A stretch of 63,759 nt of DNA, filler included, from Chlamydiia bacterium (GCA_903848235.1; 6 parts of 6 records of this genome joined end to end with filler, not necessarily neighbours in it); one strand, 5' to 3'; positions 39,470-50,068 are shown, numbered from the whole stretch's first letter. Notes: generated by a model from the letters alone, not told the origin. Program-made: numbers and translations.

Positions 39470-40128
39470 CGGAAAGTACTCAGAAGTTTTTCACGCTGAT
39501 TGACGGGAGAGACATTACCATTGCTCCGGGGACGAAACATCTTCCTGCAGAGGCTCTATCAACGCTTCTTACCTGCACAGAACTCCTTGCGACAGTACAG
39601 AAAGATGCTGAAGAGTATCGCAAGCAAGTAGCATCAGATTGTGAAGAGTTGAAAACGCGTGCTGAGGAAGAAGGCTTTCAAGCGGGTTTTGATAAGTGGA
39701 TGGAAGTGGTGTCGTATCTTGAAAAAGAAGTCGTCAAAGTCCGTGAGGAGCTTCAGAAGGTTGTCATGCCAGTGGCGTTGAAAGCAGCGAAGAAAATTGT
39801 TGCAGCAGAGCTTCAGGTAAACCCCCAGGTGACTTTCGACATTGTTGCTAGCACGTTAAAAAGCATTGCGCAACATAAGCGTATTGTCCTCTATGTGAGC
39901 CGGCCGGACTTTGAATTTATGGAAAGCTCTAAAAATCGCCTCAAACCTATCTTTGAGGAATTAGAATCGCTCTCCATAAGAGAGCGTGATGACGTAGAGC
40001 CTGGCGGATGTGTCATAGAAACAGAAGTTGGAATCATTAACGCTCGCCTCAAAGACCGCTGGAGAACGTTAGAAACTGCTTTAGAGCATATGACTTCTAC
40101 TATTCAACAGGGGAAGGGATCATTGTGA
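39466..40128 (+). CDS. sctL: T3SS stator SctL/CdsL
   Basis: AEEEGFQAG, PGGCVIETEVGIINA; GTGA overlap start. Confidence 0.92.
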   Translation: MTESTQKFFTLIDGRDITIAPGTKHLPAEALSTLLTCTELLATVQKDAEEYRKQVASDCEELKTRAEEEGFQAGFDKWMEVVSYLEKEVVKVREELQKVVMPVALKAAKKIVAAELQVNPQVTFDIVASTLKSIAQHKRIVLYVSRPDFEFMESSKNRLKPIFEELESLSIRERDDVEPGGCVIETEVGIINARLKDRWRTLETALEHMTSTIQQGKGSL

Positions 40129-40991
40129 GTCGGTTATTGCGCACTTGGTGCATGCTTCTTATACTGCTGCTGCCTATCATGGCTCTTGGCGCTGACACGA
40201 CACCAGGCCAGAGCGCAACAGTGCAGACGTCGAAACCTCCCGCTCCTCGCCAGCCGCCATCACGTGCTGTGAAGGAAAAGACAGGGGAGAAAAAGCCGAC
40301 GATCAGCCTCGAAGGCCTTGAGCGGCCATCGTTGATTATTCAGGGCGGGGCGCTTGTCTTCATGTCGCTGCTGCCGTTTATGATCATGATCTTGACATCA
40401 TTTGTGAAGATCGTCGTTGTGCTCTCTTTGTTGCGGAGTGCTCTTGGTGTTCAGCAGGCGCCCCCAAACCAGGTGATCAATGGCATTGCCTTTCTCTTGA
40501 GTTTATATGTGATGTTCCCGACAGGGGTGAGGATGTATGATGCGGCAAAGGAGCTGTTCGAGTCCCCCAACATCCCCAAAGAGTTGGTTTCTGCTGATTC
40601 TGCTGAGTTTATTATTGCCGTGGCAGAAAAAGCGCGCGAGCCAATGCGGGATTTCTTGAAGAATAACTCACTTCCCCGCCACCACAGGACGTTTTACAGA
40701 ACGGTGTACCGTCTTCTTCCCGAAGATTATCGCGATGACTTACAGCCTGATGGCTTCTTAGTTCTCGTTCCTTCTTTCATAACGTCGCAGCTCAAGGCAG
40801 CCTTTGAAATCGGAGTTCTCATTTACATTCCGTTTTTTGTCATCGACCTTGTGGTTTCGAATATCCTACTCGCCATGGGGATGATGATGCTCTCTCCGGT
40901 TACCATCTCGATGCCATTAAAACTGTTCCTTCTTGTCATGCTTGATGGGTGGACTCTCCTGATTGAGGGTCTTGTGTCTACTTTTAGATAA
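40125..40991 (+). CDS. sctR: T3SS export apparatus SctR/CdsR
   Basis: TSFVKIVVVLSLLRSALGVQQAPPNQ, LLAMGMMMLSPVTISMPLKLFLLVMLDGW. Confidence 0.96.
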   Translation: MSRLLRTWCMLLILLLPIMALGADTTPGQSATVQTSKPPAPRQPPSRAVKEKTGEKKPTISLEGLERPSLIIQGGALVFMSLLPFMIMILTSFVKIVVVLSLLRSALGVQQAPPNQVINGIAFLLSLYVMFPTGVRMYDAAKELFESPNIPKELVSADSAEFIIAVAEKAREPMRDFLKNNSLPRHHRTFYRTVYRLLPEDYRDDLQPDGFLVLVPSFITSQLKAAFEIGVLIYIPFFVIDLVVSNILLAMGMMMLSPVTISMPLKLFLLVMLDGWTLLIEGLVSTFR

Positions 40992-41008
40992 GAGGCAAAA
41001 TATACGAT

Positions 41009-41287
41009 ATGGTTCAAACACAAATTGTCCAGATGGCCTATCAAGGGCTACTGCTGATATTAATACTCTCTGCGCCGCCTGTCCTCATCAGCATGTTCTT
41101 GGGGACCATCGTTGCTATCTTTCAAGCGGCAACGCAGATTCAAGAGCAGACGCTTTCCTTTGTCGTCAAACTCGTCTCCGTTACACTCGCTCTTATGTTG
41201 ATGGGAACATGGCTTGGCGGTCAGATCATGCAGTTTGCTAGTAATATCTTCACAAACTTCCCAGCGTGGTCTCTGGCCTCAGGGTAG
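41009..41287 (+). CDS. sctS: T3SS export apparatus SctS/CdsS
   Basis: FQAATQIQEQTLSFVVKL. Confidence 0.96.
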   Translation: MVQTQIVQMAYQGLLLILILSAPPVLISMFLGTIVAIFQAATQIQEQTLSFVVKLVSVTLALMLMGTWLGGQIMQFASNIFTNFPAWSLASG

Positions 41288-42049
41288 CGCCTTTCCATCT
41301 CGTACAACGCAGAGTGGGGAGAAGTGGAGGTAGTCGCATGAGCAGAGGGCGTAGCGGACGCCGCGTGCGGTGCCAAATAGCTTGGGAAGCCCCTGTTGAA
41401 AAGAATGAAGATGGCCAAAGACAGCAAGCGATACACCATACTGCTCGAGGAGTGCTGAGACAGATGACGGCATGAGATCTAGGCCAATTGGAGGATAGTG
41501 TGTCATGGCAATTTTGACAGCAGCATCTTTTGGCAGCTGTTGCAGACTTGCCTCTAGGCGTCCTCTTTCGCGGAGGAAGATCTCCGCGTCGCGCCCTATC
41601 TCTTTTCCCGGCCCCTTCTCAGCTGTTGGCTTCATGTCGATGATGGAGTTAAAGGTATATTCTGGGGTGTCCCAGAGGCGTGCTCCAGCAATGGCAATAC
41701 TGCCTATAGACACCGCATCATTTTGGATGACATGGAGGCTCTGTGGGAGGGCTGCTCTGATTTTTGCCACAGAGCCCCACCAATAGTCGTGGTTTCCTCT
41801 GATCAGGATCTTTGTCCCAGGCCGTTCGTCAATCCACCGCAAGTCAGGAAGGGCGTCTTCTAGCCGCATGGCCCATGAGATATCACCTGGAATCAACACA
41901 ATATCTTCAGGGGAGACGAGGGCATCCCATGAGGCTTTGATGGCATCTGCGTGACGATGCCATAGCGGCCCGAACAGATCCATCTCTTTGTTTGGCACCC
42001 CAAAAGACAAGTGTAGGTCGCCTATCGCCCATACTGAAGGATGTGACAT
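41279..42049 (-). CDS. Calcineurin-like metallophosphoesterase
   Basis: DLH, GDISWA, GNHDYWW, THYPP, GHLH. Confidence 0.92.
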   Translation of the reverse strand: MSHPSVWAIGDLHLSFGVPNKEMDLFGPLWHRHADAIKASWDALVSPEDIVLIPGDISWAMRLEDALPDLRWIDERPGTKILIRGNHDYWWGSVAKIRAALPQSLHVIQNDAVSIGSIAIAGARLWDTPEYTFNSIIDMKPTAEKGPGKEIGRDAEIFLRERGRLEASLQQLPKDAAVKIAMTHYPPIGLDLMPSSVSALLEQYGVSLAVFGHLHSFQQGLPKLFGTARGVRYALCSCDYLHFSPLCVVRDGKALP

Positions 42050-42082
42050 ACAACGACTCTTCTTTGGGTATAACGGTTAGTG

Positions 42083-43456
42083 TCAGAAGACAAAATCATC
42101 TGGGAGGACCGCATCTTTTGACACAACGATGATACCATCTCTGACGTAAATAGGGTCACTGTCAAAATGGATGTGGTTTTCCATATTCACAAGCTGGACA
42201 CGGTTTCCGATGCAGACATCTTTATCAATGATTGCCTTTTTGATGATGCAGTCTTCTCCGATGGATGGCGATGAGGGGCGGGGAGAAAAAGCTGTCTTTG
42301 AGATGGCGGTCTTGGGAAAGTCGAAGCAATCATTTCCCATGAGATAGGAATCACGGATGATCGTTCCTTTTTTGATGACTGTTCTCTGGCCAATGATGCT
42401 ATTGGTGATTTCATCAGCGTCGATGATCGACCCTTCACAGATCGTCGAAGAGCGAACGTGGCAGTTGCTAAAGCGAGGCCCCGGAAGGTGGGTGGGGGTG
42501 GTAAAAAGAGGGTTTTTCTCATCATGGCAGGTGAAGGGAGGGGTGGGATGGTTGAGAGCGAGGTTGGCGGTGTAGAAGGATTCAATAGTTCCAATATCCT
42601 CCCAATATCCTTCATGGACAAACGCAGCAATGCGACCTTTTTTGACCTGCGATGGAATCAGATGCTTGCCAAAGTCCTCACGTTGATCTCCGTAGAGCAG
42701 GTCGAACAGAGCCTTTCGTCGGAAGAGGTAGATTCCCATTGACCCTAAGAACTCTTTGTCGCCATAAGTATTGAGCCCCATTTTTTTAAGGACAGACTTC
42801 GGAGTTTTCATTCTTTCTAAAAGGGTGTCAGAATTTGGCTTTTCATAAAAATCGATGATATGATGATCTTCGTTGACCTTCATAATCCCCATCCGCGAAG
42901 CTTCTTTCTTTCCTACAGCGAGAGTAGAAACCCAGACGTCAACATCCTTTTGCTCCGTACACTCCATCATCTTTTCAAAGTCCATGTGGTAGAGCTGATC
43001 TCCAGAGAGAATCAAGAAAAACTCTGCTGGTGACTCGAGTAGATACTCAGCATTTTGGCGAACGGCGTCAGCAGTCCCCTGAAACCATTCGCTTTTCCCT
43101 GGCCGTTGCTCTGCTGACAGCACTTCAATGAAGCCTCCAAAGAGAGCATCATGGCGATAGGTATGGAAGATATGACGGTGAAGAGAGCGGGCAAGAAACT
43201 GGGTGAGGACGAAGATCTTTGTAATGCCAGCATTCAGGGAGTTGGAGATGGGAATATCAATTAGACGGTACCGTCCTCCAAACGACAGGGCAGGCTTACA
43301 ACGGCTTGTTGTCAGAGGGTGGAGGCGCGTCCCCTGTCCACCGCCAAGGATGATGCAGGCGACAGATGACATATCTGCGGCTTTTGGCGGCCGTCCTTTT
43401 GCCACTTGCCGAAGTTGAGTGAGACGTTGAAGATGCTCTTTTGTTGCGCTTGGCAT
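42083..43456 (-). CDS. glgC: Glucose-1-phosphate adenylyltransferase
   Basis: ILGGGQGTRLHPLT, WFQGTADAVRQ, LSGDQLY, FYEKP, YWEDIGT. Confidence 0.96.
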   Translation of the reverse strand: MPSATKEHLQRLTQLRQVAKGRPPKAADMSSVACIILGGGQGTRLHPLTTSRCKPALSFGGRYRLIDIPISNSLNAGITKIFVLTQFLARSLHRHIFHTYRHDALFGGFIEVLSAEQRPGKSEWFQGTADAVRQNAEYLLESPAEFFLILSGDQLYHMDFEKMMECTEQKDVDVWVSTLAVGKKEASRMGIMKVNEDHHIIDFYEKPNSDTLLERMKTPKSVLKKMGLNTYGDKEFLGSMGIYLFRRKALFDLLYGDQREDFGKHLIPSQVKKGRIAAFVHEGYWEDIGTIESFYTANLALNHPTPPFTCHDEKNPLFTTPTHLPGPRFSNCHVRSSTICEGSIIDADEITNSIIGQRTVIKKGTIIRDSYLMGNDCFDFPKTAISKTAFSPRPSSPSIGEDCIIKKAIIDKDVCIGNRVQLVNMENHIHFDSDPIYVRDGIIVVSKDAVLPDDFVF

Positions 43457-43795
43457 ACGAAAACTCGTGTGTTCAAAAAGATGAAGGACATGGGTGATCG
43501 TCACGCATGTCCAGGATAACAGTTTCTAAATCGCTTTCGTCATACCCAACTCCATAGTTTTTTTATACATTAAAAATTAGGAGTCTTTTGCAAAACGCGA
43601 TCCGAGCTTGCTCATTTTGTTAACTCTTTCTGTGGTGCTTTTGGAGAGATTGATTACCTCTTGGGTATTCCAGAGAAGGTTTTTTTGTAGCCTGTCTTTT
43701 TCCACCAATTCTTCCAACGAACTTAATTTTCTTGATGTTTTTAATTATTTTATGATACGAGGAGAATTTGAGAATAAAAAGATGGGACGCAAGAT

Positions 43796-45571
43796 ATGTG
43801 TAAAATTTTGAAAACGCTTGTTTTTGCTGGGTTTTTGTTAATTTCCTCTTTACAAGGATATTGGTCTAGCCCGGTAGATGTAGGAGAATCATATTTTAAT
43901 GGTGGGTCGGGAAATCCATCTGTTGTCATGGATTCTTTTGGAAACACTACTGCTGTTTGGGTGGGTGTAGGTCTAGTGATTACTACTTCGACGAGACCAG
44001 CGGGCGGTGAATGGTCGGATATAAAGACGCTTTCTGATGTGAACTGCCAGAATCCGTTAGTTGTTGTAGATACAAGTGGAAATTTAACTGTCGCTTGGTC
44101 TACTAACTCGAATTCTATTCAATCATCCACAAAGCTATATGGTGGTGACTGGCAATTGAGTCCAGATACGGTATTTGGGCCAAGTTCGTACTACAGCGTA
44201 ATGGCCGTTGATTACGCTGGGAATGTCACTATTGCATGTCAATTATGGTCAAGCGGGTATGTTGTTCAGTCGTCCACAAAGCCAGTTGGATCTGGCTGGT
44301 CTTCGCCTGTTACTGTGCCATCTACATTTTCTCAGCCTGTATCGTGTGCAATTGCAACAGATTCTCTAGGTAATTTGACAATTTTGTTGCAAGATCCCAC
44401 CGGGTCTAGAGCTCTTCAATCCTGCACGACACTTGGAGGTTTATGGCAAGCCCCAGAACCTGTAACTTCTTCGTCGGATCCTGATGAAAAATGGCTTGTA
44501 GTAGACAATGATGGTAATGCCACTGTAATTTGGACCTCGGCTCCAATTTCTATCTATGCCTCTACGAGGCAACATGGGGGTTCGTGGCAAGGCACTCCAG
44601 ATACTTTGGTTTCATCACTAAATTCTGGCGCCTCCCTTGCAATAGATTCTTTAGGCAACGTAACGGTTATTTGGAATTTAACTTCTGACAATACTCTTCA
44701 GTCATGCACAAAGCTGCTTAACAATTCGTGGCAATCTCCGGTTAACATATCGCCTAGCGGAGGCACAATAGCAGACCCCAGCATTGGTTTGGATGCTAAT
44801 GGAGATGCGATGGTAGTGTGGTCAAGAAATACCGGGAGCAATACTATCATACAGGCATCTAGGAGGCTTTTTGGCGGGGAATGGCAGTCTACTCCCGATG
44901 ATATATCAGTGGCGGGGAATAACTCATATGTACCAAAAGTTGTGGTAGAGACAGCTGATAATTCAACTGCTCTCTGGATTATGGACAATGGAAGTGAAAA
45001 ATTCGTACAGTCTTCACATATTGTACAAATACCAGCGGTTACTGGCGTGTCGCCACATACTGGTTCTGCGGCTGGTGGTGATTCGGTGACGATTACTGGA
45101 GAAGAGTTCTCCGACGTAACGGCCGTTTATTTTGGGACAGTTCCCGCTATAGGATTTTCTATCGTTTCTCCTACAGAGATTGTAGCCATCTCGCCTGCAG
45201 GGACAGACGGAGACGTGTATATTCGTGTGGAGACGCTTGCCGGGCTATCTCCTATTAGTGATGAGGCTAGGTTCACTTATTCGACGACAACTGTTTTTCC
45301 TCCCTCTAAATTTATTGGAAAGATAAAGAATAAAAAGCATGGCCATCACCCATATGCTTTGAAAACAAAATGGAATACAAGTACCTCTCAGAATGTATCA
45401 AGGTATTTGATATTTAAGCGTTCAAAAGTAGTTGGGACGGTTTCTGCAAGCGGTAAGTTTTGTTTTAAGACGCATTTGAAATGGAAGAGTTCTACAAAGA
45501 AGTTTTCTATTGTGGCTGTCAATTCGAATGATTTAATGAGCGCCCACAGGAAGCTAAAGATAAGACATTGA
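43796..45571 (+). CDS. Secreted beta-repeat (propeller-like) protein with IPT/TIG domain
   Basis: Signal peptide; ~7 repeats of D..GN.T..W...S.T....G.W; PAVTGVSPHTGSAAGGDSVTITG IPT motif; basic C-terminal beta domain. Confidence 0.85.
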   Translation: MCKILKTLVFAGFLLISSLQGYWSSPVDVGESYFNGGSGNPSVVMDSFGNTTAVWVGVGLVITTSTRPAGGEWSDIKTLSDVNCQNPLVVVDTSGNLTVAWSTNSNSIQSSTKLYGGDWQLSPDTVFGPSSYYSVMAVDYAGNVTIACQLWSSGYVVQSSTKPVGSGWSSPVTVPSTFSQPVSCAIATDSLGNLTILLQDPTGSRALQSCTTLGGLWQAPEPVTSSSDPDEKWLVVDNDGNATVIWTSAPISIYASTRQHGGSWQGTPDTLVSSLNSGASLAIDSLGNVTVIWNLTSDNTLQSCTKLLNNSWQSPVNISPSGGTIADPSIGLDANGDAMVVWSRNTGSNTIIQASRRLFGGEWQSTPDDISVAGNNSYVPKVVVETADNSTALWIMDNGSEKFVQSSHIVQIPAVTGVSPHTGSAAGGDSVTITGEEFSDVTAVYFGTVPAIGFSIVSPTEIVAISPAGTDGDVYIRVETLAGLSPISDEARFTYSTTTVFPPSKFIGKIKNKKHGHHPYALKTKWNTSTSQNVSRYLIFKRSKVVGTVSASGKFCFKTHLKWKSSTKKFSIVAVNSNDLMSAHRKLKIRH

Positions 45572-45584
45572 TATTCCTACTCGA

Positions 45585-45647
45585 CTTTTTGCAAAACTCG
45601 CACAAGGCCTCGGCGCAAACCGAAAATCTGTGCGAGTTTTGTAAAAG
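45585..45647. repeat. Short palindromic repeat at contig edge
   Basis: ttttgcaaaactcgcaca ... tgtgcgagttttgtaaaag; related half-site at 43581-43600. Confidence 0.65.
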
Positions 45648-45747
45648 NNNNNNNNNNNNNNNNNNNNNNNNNNNNNNNNNNNNNNNNNNNNTTAATTAAT
45701 TAANNNNNNNNNNNNNNNNNNNNNNNNNNNNNNNNNNNNNNNNNNNN

Positions 45748-46831
45748 GGCTTTAAAACCCCCTTTGGTTCGATTGGCAGATGCTAGAGAGGCAGGGGATA
45801 TAATTACGCTGGACCCTCATGATCCAGGGGGTCAATTAATTGCGCTTATGAAGGCCGAAGGGCTTGAGGAAAAACTAGCTGGGTTTTGTGACTTTGCAGA
45901 AACTATCGTATCATTATCTGAACCCGAAAAAGTAGTAGAAGGTCTTTTCAGCGCAGACAGTGGGATTCCTCCTATGAATCTCCTATTCCTTGCAGACGTT
46001 CTTGTTATCAAAAATCCCGATCTGAAAGATAAAATTGTTGAGAAACTAGGGGCCGTTGTAACTGGAACGAAAACTCGTGCATATATTGTTGATCATTTAG
46101 ATGATGCATTAGTCGGAGAATTCTATAAAAGACTACTAGATGCGAGCCGGCCAGCACCGGGACCTCTTCCAAGACCACACATCCAAAGACATCGTGATGA
46201 GCGAATAAAAGATGCCGAGACAAGAGGGACGGCAATAGTCGATATGCCTGCAGATATTGATGAAAAGAAAGCCAAGCTGATCGAAATTCTTAAAGATAAG
46301 CCTTTTGAAGGCGACAAAGATGCATATTTTAATGTCGCAACGACGCTGGGAGGCGAAAGCGAGGATGTTATAGGTTCGTTGCTGGGAGAAATTTTTTTAG
46401 AAGATGCAATTCCTATCGAAAGACGCTTCCTACTAGCTGAGGCAATGATCGCAAAGTTTCCAAAATATAAGCCTATAATTGTTGGTCGCCTAAAGGGGGC
46501 GGCGTACTTAAGAGTAGATCAATCTTCTGGAATAAAAGCGGATTATGAAGATTTTTTGAAGAGACATGATACATATAAAAAATCCGACATTCTTAGCGAG
46601 CCTAGTAAGGTCAAGCTTAGAAGGCTTGTGACGGTGGCAGGAGAGCGAAGTGCGGTTTCGCCAGTTACAGTTGATGGAATCATAGCACAACTAGATACGG
46701 CCGACCCAAAATATGACGAAATTGCTCAGACTTTGAAGGATCACCAGGAACTTCGGATGCTAGTGCTAAGGGGCATACAGGATGTCTTCAAAAAGCAACA
46801 ACTAACTGAGGCAATTAGGAGGCTAACGTAA
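45748..46831 (+). CDS. Hypothetical helical protein (probably 5' truncated)
   Basis: Long ORF from the contig edge; internal duplicated motif (LFLADVLVIKNP / FLLAEAMIAKFP). Confidence 0.7.
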
Positions 46832-46875
46832 CCACAAGTGCTTGAGTTTTGCCGAGGATTTTTTCGCTCATTCAT

Positions 46876-46914
46876 GCCAGTGATCGTTTTTAAGCGAATA
46901 TTCGATCACTGGCA
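46876..46914. terminator. Hairpin between convergent genes
   Basis: tgccagtgatcg / cgatcactggca 12-bp stem overlapping the hemA stop. Confidence 0.55.
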
Positions 46915-47867
46915 GCATTCATAGAGACCTGTATCCCATCTCGATTCCGTTGCGCAAGACGGAGGTAGTCATTCCAGGACCTTGTGGAGAGAACAGATTC
47001 TATTTCTTGAGATGGTGTGAATGACTCGATGTTGACGATTCTTCTTGTAGGAGATGATAACGCAGGGTCAATATTTCTCGGGACGCCAAGGTCAATGAGC
47101 AGCTGCAAGGCTGAAGAGGCAGAATGGTCGGATGTCCGTAGCAGATACTCCGACGAGCGAGTGGCGGCAATGACACAGGGGAACTGACACCATAGGCGAG
47201 GTAGTTCCTCCCAGAGAATCGCCTCTCCTCCAATCTCAGACGCGAAGTCACGAGCCCGTTGATCAGTTCGATTGACAATTGTGACTTCTGTGGAAGTTTT
47301 TTTGAGGCTGTGGGCAATAGCGCGGTTCATGGTCGACGTGCCGATGACGAGCGCCGAGGGGCTGCCAACCTCTTTCATATGTTGTGATGCCAGAAGTGAC
47401 ACCTGCTCACACAACCCCTGATATACAGGCAGCTGGATCCTTTCTCTCACTACCTTCCCCGTGTGGAGAGCTCGTTGAAATAAGAAGTGTAGCTCTTTTG
47501 GAAGTGCTTGCTGTTCCCGAGCAGCTTCATAGGCAGCTCGTACCTGCCCTTGAATCTCTGTCTCCCCAACAAACAGACTGTCCAGCCCAGAGACGACTTT
47601 TCCTAGATGATGAAAACACTCGAGCCCGAAAAACGTGTAGAGGTGGCAGAGGGCATCATGACCTACGGCCTCACGGATAGAAGCGACCATCTCTTGATGT
47701 GTCTTTGCTGGAGTGCTCGTGCAAAAATACCATTCTGCTCTGTTGCAGGTGAGGAGAAAGACACTTCCCTTGCGGAGGTTCTCGTCACATGTTCCTAAGG
47801 CCTTGGCAATCGCCTCTCGTGTGGAAAGATCTGCGCACCTGTGGCTTGTTCCAAGAACGCCAATCAT
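46890..47867 (-). CDS. hemA: Glutamyl-tRNA reductase (short chlamydial form)
   Basis: LTCNRAEWY, SGLDSLFVGETEIQGQV, IDLGVPRNID. Confidence 0.93.
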   Translation of the reverse strand: MIGVLGTSHRCADLSTREAIAKALGTCDENLRKGSVFLLTCNRAEWYFCTSTPAKTHQEMVASIREAVGHDALCHLYTFFGLECFHHLGKVVSGLDSLFVGETEIQGQVRAAYEAAREQQALPKELHFLFQRALHTGKVVRERIQLPVYQGLCEQVSLLASQHMKEVGSPSALVIGTSTMNRAIAHSLKKTSTEVTIVNRTDQRARDFASEIGGEAILWEELPRLWCQFPCVIAATRSSEYLLRTSDHSASSALQLLIDLGVPRNIDPALSSPTRRIVNIESFTPSQEIESVLSTRSWNDYLRLAQRNRDGIQVSMNAASDRIFA

Positions 47868-48883
47868 AGGCCGGCCACTGCAATGAGCTTTTTGATCTCC
47901 TCTTTCGACGACGTGAAAAGAGGGTTCATGTTTGACGCAAGACAGAAGTCGTCGGGCATCTTCTGCAATGACTGTGAAAGCGCTTCGTCAAGGCGTGGCG
48001 TTCGGTGAATGGCAAAGGCCGGGGCAATGCGATAGTGGGTGTCATATTCGTAGGTATGGCGAGCGTCATCGCTCGAGATCAATATCTCATGGAGTTTTTC
48101 TCCAGGACGAATGCCGATCACCTGAAGGGTCTGCTGTGGAAAGACAGCACGTGCTAAATCTTCGATCTTGACGCTCGGCGATTTTGGGATAAAAATCTCT
48201 CCCCCAGCCTGCTCTTTAAGAGCCAGCAGGACAAAGCGTACTGCGTCATCGAGGGTAATCCAAAAGCGTGTCATCTCAAGGTCTGTGATGGGCAGCGTCA
48301 TAGACCCTTTAGCGACAAGGGCATTCCACAAGGGGATGAGAGACCCTCGGCTTCCCAAGACATTGCCATACCGTACGATAGAAAACCGTGGGAGACCCCT
48401 TTTGCCAACATAGGAATTAGCAGCGATCAGCAGCTTGTCGGAGCATAACTTCGTAGCTCCATACAAATTAATGGGGTTCACCGCTTTGTCAGATGACAAG
48501 CCGACAACGCCGTCAACACCGGCGTCGAGGGCCGCTGAGGTCAGGTTCATCGCTCCCATGACATTTGTCTTCACAAACTCGCTGGGGTTATACTCTGCTG
48601 CCGGTACCTGTTTTAACGCTGCAGCATGGACGACATAGTGGACATCATGTAATGCCCTCCTGAGGCGCTCTTCATCCCGTACGTCACCGAGAAAAAACCT
48701 GATGTTTGGATGGCGGAAAATTGGGTCAGACTGTTGCATCTGCCACTGCTTCCACTCATCACGAGAAAAAATCACGACGCGGCCAACGTTTGTCTTCTCA
48801 AGCAGATATTTTGCAAATACCTGCCCAAACGAACCTGTGCCACCAGTAATGAGAAGAGACTTCCCGTCAAGAAAAAGAGTCAC
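47864..48883 (-). CDS. pseB: UDP-N-acetylglucosamine 4,6-dehydratase (inverting), PseB/FlaA1-like
   Basis: TGGTGSFG, SRDEWKQ, HAAALKQVPAAEYNP, DKAVNPINLYGATK, RYGNVLGSRGS, MTRFWITL. Confidence 0.9.
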   Translation of the reverse strand: MTLFLDGKSLLITGGTGSFGQVFAKYLLEKTNVGRVVIFSRDEWKQWQMQQSDPIFRHPNIRFFLGDVRDEERLRRALHDVHYVVHAAALKQVPAAEYNPSEFVKTNVMGAMNLTSAALDAGVDGVVGLSSDKAVNPINLYGATKLCSDKLLIAANSYVGKRGLPRFSIVRYGNVLGSRGSLIPLWNALVAKGSMTLPITDLEMTRFWITLDDAVRFVLLALKEQAGGEIFIPKSPSVKIEDLARAVFPQQTLQVIGIRPGEKLHEILISSDDARHTYEYDTHYRIAPAFAIHRTPRLDEALSQSLQKMPDDFCLASNMNPLFTSSKEEIKKLIAVAGL

Positions 48884-48979
48884 GATACCCCCACATACTC
48901 ATTTTTGGTTGCACTGTAGCGAAAAGAGCTGTTTTTCGTGTGATGAAAAATGATTCGATGTACAGGATGGCACTGAGAA

Positions 48980-49013
48980 TAGCCGGAGGTCACAACGTGT
49001 ATCCCTCCGGCTA
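48980..49013. terminator. Hairpin downstream of the 49058 gene
   Basis: tagccggagg ... cctccggcta 10-bp stem. Confidence 0.45.
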
Positions 49014-49057
49014 GCGTCGACCAAAAAGGAGTTGTTTGGGCGCACAAACTCCAGGTT

Positions 49058-50068
49058 CTACTGTACTTTCGGTGGTGCTTTTAGAAGAGCTGTCCTTTGC
49101 TCTGCTTTTTTCGTTTCACTCGAAGCTATATCCTTTGCTTTCTCTCCCTTTTTCAGAAGTTTCAAATGAGCAGCTTCTTCCCTTTGCAGTTCCTTCTGCC
49201 GTAGCAATGGATCCTTTACTTCTGGCCCTTTTTTCTTTCTCCCACTGAAGGACTCGAAAACAGAAGAGGCGTCGTGGGCTTCTTCGCTGAGCGGTTTGTG
49301 TTTGGAAGGTGAAGTGGAAGTTGAGGGTTCTTCTGAAATCGAGGCACTTGATGGCGCTTCCTGTCCTGCTTTTGACTCGAGAGCTATTTCATCGGCGACC
49401 TGTCCCATTTGCGCTGCGAATTGTGCCGCCAAGCCTTGTCCCTTTTTCTGGGATACTAGGGATTGCTGCTGAGTCTTGGCCGACGGTACTTGAAGGGGAT
49501 GTTGAAGTAACTTTTGTGGAATAGCGTGTTGGCTAACGAGTCGTTGGAAAATCGTTTGTGCTTGGGCAGGGGTTGTTACACCAGTAACGTGTACGGTTGT
49601 ATTATTGGCGAAGACATGGCCATTTCCATGAGGAATGCGCACGACAGGACTCCACCTCTCCATTAAAATCCTATACCCATCTCTCGACCTCTCGTCCATC
49701 GCGCCCAGTCCATGAATTGCCTCGTGACCTCTTTCCATTGCGACATGCTGTGCTTCAGGATCATGTCCTAGAGATAGTATTCCGGCCACATGTTCGCCAA
49801 TGAGATCGAGATAGCTGATATTAATACTCTGAGCTCCAGTGTGTGCCGCATCTATCGGGATGCCGGCTGCTATCAGTGAAGAAATGAGTTTAGAAATAGG
49901 GTCTTTTAAAACCGTTGTTCTTCCTGCTAGCCGTGCAGCAGGGAGTCCTCCCTGTCCTCCCATCGCTTCCATCAAGAGGCGTTCTTCTGCTGTTGTAGGT
50001 TGTGATTGGTGAGGGGAGGAAACGCTTGGGGGCATTTCTGGAAAAGGTGGCTCTGATACTTTTGACAT
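49058..50068 (-). CDS. Hypothetical, largely disordered protein (possible T3SS substrate)
   Basis: aggag RBS; Ser/Pro-rich N-terminus; low-complexity C-terminus. Confidence 0.7.
   Translation of the reverse strand: MSKVSEPPFPEMPPSVSSPHQSQPTTAEERLLMEAMGGQGGLPAARLAGRTTVLKDPISKLISSLIAAGIPIDAAHTGAQSINISYLDLIGEHVAGILSLGHDPEAQHVAMERGHEAIHGLGAMDERSRDGYRILMERWSPVVRIPHGNGHVFANNTTVHVTGVTTPAQAQTIFQRLVSQHAIPQKLLQHPLQVPSAKTQQQSLVSQKKGQGLAAQFAAQMGQVADEIALESKAGQEAPSSASISEEPSTSTSPSKHKPLSEEAHDASSVFESFSGRKKKGPEVKDPLLRQKELQREEAAHLKLLKKGEKAKDIASSETKKAEQRTALLKAPPKVQ

Noticed and set aside
46890..47867. HemA lacking the C-terminal dimerisation domain
   Set aside because: Short HemA is the usual chlamydial form, so not novel
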